Shown here piece after piece: positions 50,842 to 59,717 of a stretch of DNA of 64,000 nucleotides. The stretch is from assembly GCA_963794585.1 (NCBI GenBank), contig CAWCEO010000005.1:156225-220224 (forward strand), written 5' to 3'. Made by a program: the position numbers and the translations under genes. The DNA comes from an uncultured Conexibacteraceae bacterium. Lineage in GTDB: Bacteria > Actinomycetota > Thermoleophilia > Solirubrobacterales > Solirubrobacteraceae. A model generated the notes under the pieces. It ran no database searches. It saw only the letters and a list, made by a program, of their open reading frames with translations, and was not told the origin of the DNA. The number at the start of each line of letters is the position of its first letter. Position 1 is the stretch's first letter.

Positions 50842-52119
50842 TCATGAGGCAAACTCCCCAAACGGCTGCTCCGGGCGGATCGTGTCCGCCCCCTGCAGGT
50901 CAAAGGCCGTGTGCAGCGCCTTGACCGCGGTCTCGACATCGCCGACCGGCACGACGCACGAGATCCGGATCGGCGAGGTCGAGATCATCTCGATGTTGAT
51001 GTTGTTGGCACCGAGAACCGTGAAGACCTTGGCGGCCACGCCGGGGTGGGACTTCATTCCGGCGCCGACGATCGACACCTTGCCCATCGCCTCGTCGGTC
51101 TCGACCTCGATCCCGAGCTCGGTCGCGATCGGCTCCAGCGCGGCGCGCGCGGCGGCGGCGTCGTCCTGCGGGACCGTGAACGACAGCTCGGCCAGCGCGC
51201 CCGCCGAGCGGGGATCGTTCTGGATGATCATGTCGATATTGACGTTGGCGTCGGCCAGCGCCGTCGTGACGCGCCCCGCGACGCCGGGCGTGTCGGGCAG
51301 GCCGATCAGCGTCACGCGCGCCTCGCCCCGCGAGTGGGTGACGGCGGTGATGAGGGGGTTCTCCATGTCCTTGTCCTTGGCCTCTTCGTCGGAGACGACG
51401 AGGGTCCCGTGGGAGTCGTCGAAGCTTGAACGGCAGTGGATGCGCACCCCGTGGGTGCGCGCGTACTCGACGCTGCGCAGCTGCAGCACACCGGCGCCGG
51501 AGGCGGCCATCTCGAGCATCTCGTCGAAGGTGACGACGTCGAGCTTGCGGGCGTCGGGCACGATGCGCGGGTCGGAGGTAAAGACGCCGGGCACATCGGT
51601 GTAGATCTCACACTCGTCGGCGCCGATGGCCGCCGCGAGCGCGACCGCGGTGGTGTCCGAGCCGCCGCGACCGAGCGTCGTGACGTCCTTGGCGGTGCTG
51701 ACGCCTTGAAAGCCGGCAACCAGGACAATGGAGTCCTCATCGAGTGCCGCGCGGATGCGATCGGCGCGGACTTCGAGGATGCGCGCCTTCGTGTGGCTCG
51801 TATCTGTGACGATGCCCGCCTGCGATCCCGTCAGCGAGATCGCTCGATGACCGAGATCGTTGATGGCCATGGCACACAGCGCACACGAAACCCGCTCTCC
51901 GGTGGAGAGGAGCATGTCCATCTCCCGCGGGTCGGGCTGGGCGGAGACCTCGAGCGCGTCGGCGATCAGGCGGTCGGTCTCTTTGCCGCGCGCGCTGAGC
52001 ACGGCGACGACGCGCGTGCCCTCCTCGCGCTTGGCGACGATGCGCTGCGCGGCACGCTTGAGCCGCCCCGCATCGGCGACGGACGTTCCTCCGAACTTCA
52101 TGACGACGGTGCCCGGCAT
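50842..52119 (-). CDS. lysC: Aspartate kinase
   Basis: KFGGTSV, TLGRGGSDTTA, YTDVPG, two ACT domains. Confidence 0.97.
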   Translation of the reverse strand: MPGTVVMKFGGTSVADAGRLKRAAQRIVAKREEGTRVVAVLSARGKETDRLIADALEVSAQPDPREMDMLLSTGERVSCALCAMAINDLGHRAISLTGSQAGIVTDTSHTKARILEVRADRIRAALDEDSIVLVAGFQGVSTAKDVTTLGRGGSDTTAVALAAAIGADECEIYTDVPGVFTSDPRIVPDARKLDVVTFDEMLEMAASGAGVLQLRSVEYARTHGVRIHCRSSFDDSHGTLVVSDEEAKDKDMENPLITAVTHSRGEARVTLIGLPDTPGVAGRVTTALADANVNIDMIIQNDPRSAGALAELSFTVPQDDAAAARAALEPIATELGIEVETDEAMGKVSIVGAGMKSHPGVAAKVFTVLGANNINIEMISTSPIRISCVVPVGDVETAVKALHTAFDLQGADTIRPEQPFGEFAS

Positions 52120-52154
52120 GGACGGGCAATGCTAGAGGCTGGGCGGCCGCGATC

Positions 52155-53339
52155 ATGAGCCGGGGGTGGATCATCGGCCTGGCCGGGTGCCTGACGATTG
52201 GCATCGTAGTGCTGGTCCTCGCGCTCAGCGGCGGCGACAAGAGCCACGCGGTGCTCGAGGGCGGGGCGCGAACCACGACCACGCTCGGCCAGGGCGCCGC
52301 CAGCGCCGCGCCACCGGGAACGACGAGCGCTCCGGCCAGGACGGTGTCGACGGGCGATCGCCGGCTGTCGGCGGCCGAGGCGCGGGCGACAGCCCGGCTC
52401 TTCCTGGTCGGCCTCGGTGGAACCCAAGCGCCGCCCGAGGTCCTGCAGAGCTTCACCGATCACGAGTGGGGCGGCGTCGTCCTGGAGCCGGGCAACGGCG
52501 AGTCGCCCCAGCAGGTCGCCGATCTGATCGGCGCGATCCAGGGCACCGCGCGCAACGCCGGCCACCTCGCGCCGCTGATCGCGGCCTCCCAGCTCGGCGG
52601 CGAGCGCGACGCGGTGCCGATCGGCTCGCGCCCGCAGGCCGCGGCGACCACCCCCGCAGAGGCGCTGGCGGCCGCGCGCGGTGCCGCCAAGGCGCTGCTC
52701 CCGCTCGGCATCCGGATGGTCCTGGCGCCCGACGCCGATGTCGCGTTCGCCGGAGGCCCTTGGGAAGGGCTCGCGTTCTCCGACGACCCCACGACCACCA
52801 CCGTGATGGTCACCGCGGCGGTCACCGGTTGGAAGCTCGGGAAGGTCGCGCCCGTCCCGGGACACTTCCCCGGCGAAGGCGCCGCCTCGGGCGATCCGGC
52901 GCTGGAAGCGGCGACGGTCGGCCTGTCGCTCGACGAGCTGAAGGCCCGCGACCTCCAGCCGTTCGCCGCGATCGCCAAGCACACGCCGGCGATCCAGCTC
53001 AGCGCCGCGACCTACGTGGCGTTTGACGGTGTGACGCCCGCAACGCTGCTGCCGGAGGTCGTCGCGATGCTCCGCAACGAGCTCGGCTTCCGCGGGGTGA
53101 TCGTCAGCGGCGACCTCGCCGCGGCCTCGCTGAGTGGTGGCCAGTCGATTGCCAAACTCGCTGTCCGGGCGCTGCAAGCGGGTGTCGATCTGCTGTGGAT
53201 CCCCGGCGACGTCGCCGCCCAAGACGCAGCGTGGCGTGCCGTGGTCCAGGCGCTGCGCAAGGGGACGATCCCGGCCTCGCGCGTGGCCGACGCGCTGGCG
53301 CGGGTGAGCAAGCTGCGCGCCGACTACGGCGTGCAATAG
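52155..53339 (+). CDS. Membrane-anchored GH3 N-terminal domain protein (NagZ-like, degenerate active site)
   Basis: N-terminal TM; LAPDADV, GHFPGEG, DLQPF, LRNELGFRGVIVSGDL, AGVDLL. Confidence 0.8.
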   Translation: MSRGWIIGLAGCLTIGIVVLVLALSGGDKSHAVLEGGARTTTTLGQGAASAAPPGTTSAPARTVSTGDRRLSAAEARATARLFLVGLGGTQAPPEVLQSFTDHEWGGVVLEPGNGESPQQVADLIGAIQGTARNAGHLAPLIAASQLGGERDAVPIGSRPQAAATTPAEALAAARGAAKALLPLGIRMVLAPDADVAFAGGPWEGLAFSDDPTTTTVMVTAAVTGWKLGKVAPVPGHFPGEGAASGDPALEAATVGLSLDELKARDLQPFAAIAKHTPAIQLSAATYVAFDGVTPATLLPEVVAMLRNELGFRGVIVSGDLAAASLSGGQSIAKLAVRALQAGVDLLWIPGDVAAQDAAWRAVVQALRKGTIPASRVADALARVSKLRADYGVQ

Positions 53340-53414
53340 CTCGCGGCAAGGTGCCTGCTGGCACGCCAACCCGGCGTGGGCCGTGAGACGAGCGGTCACA
53401 CTGGTTCGGGAGCG

Positions 53415-54164
53415 ATGGCACGCCTTCCGACCTCAGATCCGGTGTTGCAGGCGCGACGGCTCGTGAAGGTCCACGGCTCGGGCCGCGGCGAGCGGCGCAT
53501 CCTGGACGGCGTCGACCTCGATGTCGGTCCCGGCGAGCTGGTCGCGATCGTGGGTCGCTCGGGCAGCGGGAAATCGACGCTGCTGCAGATCCTCGGCGGC
53601 CTGGACCGTGCCGACGCGGGCACCGTCACGGTGGCAGGCCGCAGCGTTGCCGGCTCACCGGCTCCCTCGGAGCGTCAGCTCAGCGCGCTGCGCCGTGAGG
53701 AGATCGGGTTCGTCTTTCAGTTCTTTCACCTGCTCGCCGAGCTCGACGGCGAGGCCAACGTGCTGCTGCCGACGGTGCTGCCGGGCGCCGACCGCGGCGC
53801 TGCGGCGCGGGGCCGCGCGCTGATCGCACAGTTGGGGTTGCGCGATGTCGCCAGGCTGCGGCCCCATCAGCTTTCGGGCGGTGAGCAGCAGCGCTTCGCG
53901 CTGGCGCGGGCGCTGGTCGGCAACCCGTCGCTGGTGCTCGCCGACGAGCCGATCGGCAACCTCGACGTGGCCGCCGGCGAGGTGGTGCTTGACCTGTTGC
54001 GTGGCGTCGCCGACGAGGGTCGGGCGGTCGTCATGGTCACCCACCAGGCCGAGGCGACCGCGCGCGCCGACCGCGTCCTGCGGTTGGAGGAGGGTGTGCT
54101 GGCTGAGGTCGGTCTGGCCGACGGCGCGCGCGACGACGACGACCGGCGGTGGGCCTCAGGATGA
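53415..54164 (+). CDS. ABC transporter ATP-binding protein (LolD/MacB type)
   Basis: GRSGSGKS, IGFVFQFF, LSGGEQQR, LADEP. Confidence 0.93.
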   Translation: MARLPTSDPVLQARRLVKVHGSGRGERRILDGVDLDVGPGELVAIVGRSGSGKSTLLQILGGLDRADAGTVTVAGRSVAGSPAPSERQLSALRREEIGFVFQFFHLLAELDGEANVLLPTVLPGADRGAAARGRALIAQLGLRDVARLRPHQLSGGEQQRFALARALVGNPSLVLADEPIGNLDVAAGEVVLDLLRGVADEGRAVVMVTHQAEATARADRVLRLEEGVLAEVGLADGARDDDDRRWASG

Positions 54165-56569
54165 GCTGGTTCGCGCTGCGCACGGCGTGGGCCTCGCTGC
54201 GTGGCCGGCCGGGGCGTGCGGCACTGACCGCGGTCGGGGTGGCTGCGGCCGGGCTGGTGCTCGGTGTGGCGCTGACGGTCGCTTACGCGCTGTCGACCGG
54301 CTTTGACCGTGCCGCCGACCGTGCCGACCTGCCGACGATCGTCGCGCGCTTCGACGATGAGGACCGCTCCGCGGTCGATGCGGCGGTCCGCGATCTTCCG
54401 AACCTCGCGGCGGCGTCCTATCGCTACGAGCGCACGCGCGTGCGGCTGGCGGCAGGTGACCATGCGCTCGAGCAGGGGGTGATCGAGGTCGTCGGCGGCG
54501 GGCGGCGCGGCTACGCGATCGTCGCCGGACGCGACGTGCGCTCGGCGGCCGGCGCGCCGCTGGAGGTCGTCGTCGAGCGCGGGCTGGCGACGCAGTGGGG
54601 CCTCAGCGTCGGCGACCAGGTTGAAGTGGGCGAGGTGGGCTCGGTACCGATCGTTGGGATCTCGGTCGCGCCAGACAACGTCGCCTATCCGCTGGCCAAG
54701 ACCGCGCGGGTGATGCTCGGCGAAGGACCGCTACTGGAGCGCTTCGGGGCACCGCCAGGCCAGCGCTTCGCGGTCAACACCGCGCTGCTGTGGGCTCAGG
54801 ATCCGTCGCGCGCCGACGTCCTCGTATCGGCGGCTCGGCAGTCGTCCTTCGGCCTGCGCCAGCTGCGCTTTCTTACCCGCGATGGCGTCGAGGCGCTCGT
54901 CGGCCAGGCGGCCGGGATCGTCGTCGCGTTGTTGGTGGCCTTTGGTGTGGTCGCGACGGGGTTGGCCGGCGTGCTGCTGAGCGCGGGCGCGCAGTCTGAG
55001 GTCCAGCGCGCGCTGGACCGGATCGGGTTGCAGCGGGCGCTGGGCGTGTCGCCCGGCGGCGTGGTCGCCGTGCACGCGGTGCGCGGTGCGCTGGTGGCGG
55101 CGCCGGCCGCGGCGCTCGGGCTGGGGATCGGCGCCATCGCGGGCCGAGCACCGACCGAGCGCGTGCTCGCCTCGTTGAACGAGCTGCCGCCGAGCGCGGG
55201 ACGGCTGGTGGCGCTGTTGGCGCTCGTGTGGCTCGGCGCGGTCACGCTGGTCGCGGGAGCCTCGGCGCTGCCGGCCTGGCGCGCGGCCCGGCGCGCGCCC
55301 GCGGTGCTGCTGCGCGGAGGCGACGTGGCGGCGCCACGGCGGGCCCGACGCCGGGGCGCTGGTCGAATTGACCGGCACCACGCCGGTCAAGTCGACCGCC
55401 AACAGCATGGCGGGCACGTTGACCGGGATATTCCCGGTCAACGTGCCCAGGAGACGCGCAGAAGGGCAACGCGCGGCGGCCTCGCCGCGCTCGGCGTGCG
55501 CCTGGTCGTCGCGCGGCGCGTGCGCTTCGCCGCGGTCGTCGCCGTGCTCGGCGCGGCGGCGAGCGTCGTCTTACTGCTGCTCGCGCTCGCCTCGCTGCTG
55601 CAGGCGCTGCGTGACGATCCGGCGACGCTCGGCAAGCGCTACCAGTTGACGACGCGGCTGCCCGACTCGGCGACCGCTGAGGTCGAGGCGATCCCAGGCG
55701 TCGAGGCCGCCGCGGTGCGCTTCTCGACCGACGCCGTCAGCGCCTCGGCGCTCGGCTCGCCACTCAAGGTCATTGCCTACTCCTCGGAGGACCGCACGCG
55801 CTTCGAGGCGCCACCGCTGGCGTCGGGCCGGCGAGCGCGCGGGCCGGGCGAGGCGGAGGTCGGGCTCGGCCTCGCCGACGCGCTCGGCCTGCGGCCCGGA
55901 TCGACGCTCGCCATCCAGCCGCTCGGTCCCGAGGAGGTGCGCTACCGCGTCGTCGGCATCGTGCGCGCGCTGCAGGACGAGGGCCGCGTCGCGTACGTCA
56001 CGCCCGGCCGCTTGCTGGCCGCGGGCGTCGGGCTCGACGGGCCGATGGTACTGCGACTGAAGCCCGGCGCCGACCGCGCGCGCATCGCCGCCGGGCTCAA
56101 CGCGCTCGGCGCTCGCGCCGACGCGGTCCGCGGCGCGTCCGGCGACAGCAGCGCGTTCCTCGACGTCCTTGCCGGGCTGCTGCGGATCGTTGCCGCGACC
56201 GTCGCGCTCGTCTGCCTGCATGCGCTGGTCAGCGCGCTGGCCCTGACGGCCCGGGAGCGACGCGGAGCGGTCGCGACCTTGCGGGCCGCAGGCGCCGACG
56301 TGCGGGCACTGCGCCGGCTGCTCGGCGGCGCAGCGTTCGCCGTCATCGCCCCTGCAATCGTGGTGGCGATCGTCCTGGAGACCGTCGTGCTCTCGCCGCT
56401 CGTCGCTCACCTCGCCGCCGGCTATGCCGACCTGCCGCTGGGTGCGACGGCCGACCAGATCGTCCTCGTTGCCGGCGGCCTGCTCGCGCTCTCGTGGGCC
56501 GCGGCCGCGCTCACCGGCCGCCGGCTCGTGCGCGAGCCGGTCGTGGCCGGGCTGCGGGAGGACGGATGA
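54161..56569 (+). CDS. ABC transporter permease (tandem FtsX/MacB domains)
   Basis: Duplicated TM plus extracytoplasmic architecture; LQRALG and TLRAAGA FtsX motifs; ATGA overlap. Confidence 0.85.
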   Translation: MSWFALRTAWASLRGRPGRAALTAVGVAAAGLVLGVALTVAYALSTGFDRAADRADLPTIVARFDDEDRSAVDAAVRDLPNLAAASYRYERTRVRLAAGDHALEQGVIEVVGGGRRGYAIVAGRDVRSAAGAPLEVVVERGLATQWGLSVGDQVEVGEVGSVPIVGISVAPDNVAYPLAKTARVMLGEGPLLERFGAPPGQRFAVNTALLWAQDPSRADVLVSAARQSSFGLRQLRFLTRDGVEALVGQAAGIVVALLVAFGVVATGLAGVLLSAGAQSEVQRALDRIGLQRALGVSPGGVVAVHAVRGALVAAPAAALGLGIGAIAGRAPTERVLASLNELPPSAGRLVALLALVWLGAVTLVAGASALPAWRAARRAPAVLLRGGDVAAPRRARRRGAGRIDRHHAGQVDRQQHGGHVDRDIPGQRAQETRRRATRGGLAALGVRLVVARRVRFAAVVAVLGAAASVVLLLLALASLLQALRDDPATLGKRYQLTTRLPDSATAEVEAIPGVEAAAVRFSTDAVSASALGSPLKVIAYSSEDRTRFEAPPLASGRRARGPGEAEVGLGLADALGLRPGSTLAIQPLGPEEVRYRVVGIVRALQDEGRVAYVTPGRLLAAGVGLDGPMVLRLKPGADRARIAAGLNALGARADAVRGASGDSSAFLDVLAGLLRIVAATVALVCLHALVSALALTARERRGAVATLRAAGADVRALRRLLGGAAFAVIAPAIVVAIVLETVVLSPLVAHLAAGYADLPLGATADQIVLVAGGLLALSWAAAALTGRRLVREPVVAGLREDG
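55361..55448. repeat. Two 37-bp palindromes in-frame within the permease
   Basis: ggtcgaattgaccggc-accac-gccggtcaagtcgacc (55361-55397) and gggcacgttgaccggga-tat-tcccggtcaacgtgccc (55412-55448). Confidence 0.85.
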
Positions 56570-58209
56570 AGGCCGCCGGGAAGGCTCGGATCCCGACCCG
56601 TCCAGCCGCGAGCTCGCCCAGCGAATCCTTCGCGCGGGCGTGGCAGGCAGCGACGCGCCGCGAGCTCCTCCTCGCCGCCGGCGCAGCGACCGCGACCGCG
56701 CTCTTGCCCGGCTGCGGCGACAGCAACAACGGGGCACCCGGCTCGACGCTGCAGCGCACGCTGATCGACCCCGACGGCGACGGCTTGCTGGAGACCGGCC
56801 CCCCGCTTGCGCTGCGCGACCGCACCGACCTCGCGCCCCGGGCCAAGGTCGGGGGGACGCTGGCCACGCTCGCCCAGCTCTCCGACCTCCACGTCCGTGA
56901 CGCACAGTCGCCCGGCCGCGTCGCGTTCCTCGACCGCCTCGGCCCGCGGCTCGGCTCGGCGTTTCGCTGGCACGAGACGCTCACCGCGCAGACCGTCGCC
57001 GCGACCGTCGACGCCATCAACATCGCGCGCCCCGACGCCGTCCTGGTCACCGGCGACCTCGTCGACAGCGCGCAGCGCAATGAGCTGCGGTGGGCGCTGA
57101 CGCTGCTGGGCGGCGGAACGGTCCGGCCCGACTCCGGCCGCCGCGGCTACCAGGGCATTCAGGCCGCCTCGATCGCCGACCCCTTGTACTACCGTCCGGC
57201 CGTCGACGCCCCGCGCCATCCGGAGCTCCTGGCCCGTGCAGTCCAGCCGATCCACAGCGCCGGCCTGCGAGCACCGTGGCACGCGGTCCTGGGCAACCAC
57301 GACATCTTGGTCGCGGGCGAGATCGCGCCCACCGCGGTAACCCGCGCGGCGGCGACCGGCAACCGCCTGCTCGTCACGCCGGCGCCGGAGCTCCTGGAGC
57401 AGCTGCGCGGCGCCCAGCCGACGCGCGCGCAGATCGACGAGCTGCTGCGCGCCGGGCTGCAAGGCGACGCGATCCGCGTCGCACCCGATCCGGATCGCAC
57501 CCAGCTCGACGCGGTCGACGTGGTCGGCCAGCTGCGGGCCAAGCGCCCGCAGGCCGCCGACCGCCTCGACTACGCCGTCGATGCCGGCGATCACCTCCGC
57601 ATGATCGTGCTCGACCTCGTCCGCCGCGACGCCGGCTCCGGTGGCCTGGTCACCGCCGCAACGCTCACCGCGCTGCAGCGCGAGCTGGCGGCCGCGGGCA
57701 ACCGCTACATCTTGGTGGCCGTCCATCAACCGCTGGACCAGACCGCCGGCGGCGACGCGATCTTCGACCTCCTCGACGCCGACCCGCGCGTGGTCGCCGT
57801 GCTCGCCGGCCACACCCACCGCAACGCGGTTGTCCCTCGTCGCACGCAGGCCGGCGGCTACTGGCTGATCACCACCGCATCGATCATCGACTGGCCGCAG
57901 CAATGGCGTGCACTGCGTCTCGTGCAGACCGCCGGCGGTGGCGTCGCGCTGGAGACCTGGATGGTCGACCACACCGGCCGCCCCAACGACGAGGGCTCGC
58001 TCGCCGGCATCGCCCGCGATCTAGCCTTCCTCGATCCGCAAGGCGGCCGCCCCGCGCAAGCCGCGGGTCCGCCCACCGCGCGCAACGTCCGTCTCTTCCT
58101 GCCGCCACGCGCACCGCGCGCGCCAGCCAAACCCGGCACGCCTCGTGCCCTGCCACCATCCACCGCCCCAGAGCGCCTCGGCGCCGGCGACGCCGTGGCC
58201 TCCGCCTAG
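56566..58209 (+). CDS. Tat-exported lipoprotein metallophosphoesterase
   Basis: TRRELL twin-arginine, LPGC lipobox, SDLH, TGDLVD, GNHD, GHTH. Confidence 0.88.
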   Translation: MKAAGKARIPTRPAASSPSESFARAWQAATRRELLLAAGAATATALLPGCGDSNNGAPGSTLQRTLIDPDGDGLLETGPPLALRDRTDLAPRAKVGGTLATLAQLSDLHVRDAQSPGRVAFLDRLGPRLGSAFRWHETLTAQTVAATVDAINIARPDAVLVTGDLVDSAQRNELRWALTLLGGGTVRPDSGRRGYQGIQAASIADPLYYRPAVDAPRHPELLARAVQPIHSAGLRAPWHAVLGNHDILVAGEIAPTAVTRAAATGNRLLVTPAPELLEQLRGAQPTRAQIDELLRAGLQGDAIRVAPDPDRTQLDAVDVVGQLRAKRPQAADRLDYAVDAGDHLRMIVLDLVRRDAGSGGLVTAATLTALQRELAAAGNRYILVAVHQPLDQTAGGDAIFDLLDADPRVVAVLAGHTHRNAVVPRRTQAGGYWLITTASIIDWPQQWRALRLVQTAGGGVALETWMVDHTGRPNDEGSLAGIARDLAFLDPQGGRPAQAAGPPTARNVRLFLPPRAPRAPAKPGTPRALPPSTAPERLGAGDAVASA

Positions 58210-58628
58210 ACCGGCAGGTCCGCCGGCAGCGCGACGTCCTGCGGCGCGCGGCCGTCGCCGTTCTCGTCCCAGGACTCCCACGCGCGGCCATCGCGGCCGA
58301 CGTGCTCGCCCGACCCGCCGAGGGCGACCAGCACCAGCGTCGTCGTCCCGCGATTGACCAGCTGACGCCGCACCGAAGGACCGACACGCACGAGCCCACC
58401 ACGCGCAACCGTGTGCTCCTCGCCCTCGACGCCCAGCGTCAGCTCACCCTCCAGCACGAGGTAGACCTCCTCCTGCTGCTCATGGGCGTGGATCCGCCCG
58501 CGCTGGCGGGGCGCCAGCATGACGAGGTTCAGCCCGAAGCTCGAGACACCCAGCTCCCGCCGCAGCGGCTGAAAGCGATCAGCGCCGTTGGTCTTGATCG
58601 TGGTGAACGTGATGTCAGGCTCGGCCAT
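58206..58628 (-). CDS. Cupin-domain protein
   Basis: HAHEQQEEVYLVLEGEL. Confidence 0.85.
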   Translation of the reverse strand: MAEPDITFTTIKTNGADRFQPLRRELGVSSFGLNLVMLAPRQRGRIHAHEQQEEVYLVLEGELTLGVEGEEHTVARGGLVRVGPSVRRQLVNRGTTTLVLVALGGSGEHVGRDGRAWESWDENGDGRAPQDVALPADLPV

Positions 58629-58658
58629 TGGCCGGGAGCCTACGAGGAGCCCGACCGC

Positions 58659-59261
58659 TCAGGCGATCTCACGGCGCCCGGCGAACGCGCGGCCGAGGGT
58701 GACCTCGTCGGCGTACTCCAGGTCGCCACCGACCGGCAGGCCGGAGGCCAGACGCGTGACCGCGACGTCGGGCATGCGCTCGTGCAGCGCCGCGGCGATG
58801 TGGTGCGCGGTCGCCTCGCCGGTCGTCGTCGGGTTGGTGGCGATCACGACTTCGCGCACCTCGCCACCTTCGACGCGACGATAGAGCTCGGCAACCTTGA
58901 TGTCCTCGGGATCGACGCCATCGATCGGCGACAGCGCGCCGCCGAGCACGTGGTAACGACCCCGGAACTCATGGGTGCGCTCGATCGGGACGATGTCGCC
59001 TGGGCCTTCGACCACGCAGATGATCGCGCCGTCGCGCCGCTCGTCCTGGCAGATCCGGCAGCGCGCCTCGTCGGCCAAGTTGAAGCAGATCTCGCAGGGG
59101 CGGATCTTCTCCTTGACCTCGCGGATCGCCTCGCCGAGCGCGTTGGCGTCCCCGGGATCGGTGGCGAGGATGTGAAACGCCAGCCGCTGCGCCGTGCGCT
59201 GGCCGATGCCGGGCAGCTTGCCGAGCTCGGTGATGAGGCGCTGGACCGGCGGCGCGAACAA
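58659..59261 (-). CDS. recR: Recombination mediator RecR
   Basis: LPGIGQRTAQRLA, CEIC...CRIC, YHVLGG, EGEATA-like, GGDLEYAD. Confidence 0.96.
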   Translation of the reverse strand: MFAPPVQRLITELGKLPGIGQRTAQRLAFHILATDPGDANALGEAIREVKEKIRPCEICFNLADEARCRICQDERRDGAIICVVEGPGDIVPIERTHEFRGRYHVLGGALSPIDGVDPEDIKVAELYRRVEGGEVREVVIATNPTTTGEATAHHIAAALHERMPDVAVTRLASGLPVGGDLEYADEVTLGRAFAGRREIA

Positions 59262-59717
59262 CTAGCGGTTCTTCTTCGCCGCGGCGCGGCGGGCCGCGCG
59301 GTTCATGCCCGGGGCACCGCCGGGGAGACCGCCGGGAGCGCCACCGCCAGGGTGGGCGGGCCCGATTCCGAGCGCGTCGCCCAAGCCGAGGCCCTGCAGC
59401 GCCTCCATCGGATCAAAGCCGGCGGCGCCCGACGCGCCCGCCAGCGCCTTCTCCTGCAGCTCTACGGCCTGGCGCAGCGCCTCGTTGGTCGCGGCCAGGA
59501 CGAGGTCCTGGAGCATCTCGACGTCTTCGGGGTCGACCGCGTCGGGGTCGATCGTCAGCGACTCCAGCCGCAGATCGCCGGAGACGACGACCTTGACCAT
59601 GCCGCCGCCGGCCGAGGCCTCGACCTTCTGCTCCTTGAGCGCTTCCTGGGCCTCTTGCTGGGCGGCCATCGCCTCTTGGGCCTGCTTGAGCATGTTCTGG
59701 ATGTTGGGCTGCGGCAT
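59262..59717 (-). CDS. ybaB: YbaB/EbfC nucleoid-associated protein
   Basis: ASAGGGMVKV, IDP..VDPEDVEMLQDLVLAA; between dnaX and recR. Confidence 0.93.
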   Translation of the reverse strand: MPQPNIQNMLKQAQEAMAAQQEAQEALKEQKVEASAGGGMVKVVVSGDLRLESLTIDPDAVDPEDVEMLQDLVLAATNEALRQAVELQEKALAGASGAAGFDPMEALQGLGLGDALGIGPAHPGGGAPGGLPGGAPGMNRAARRAAAKKNR

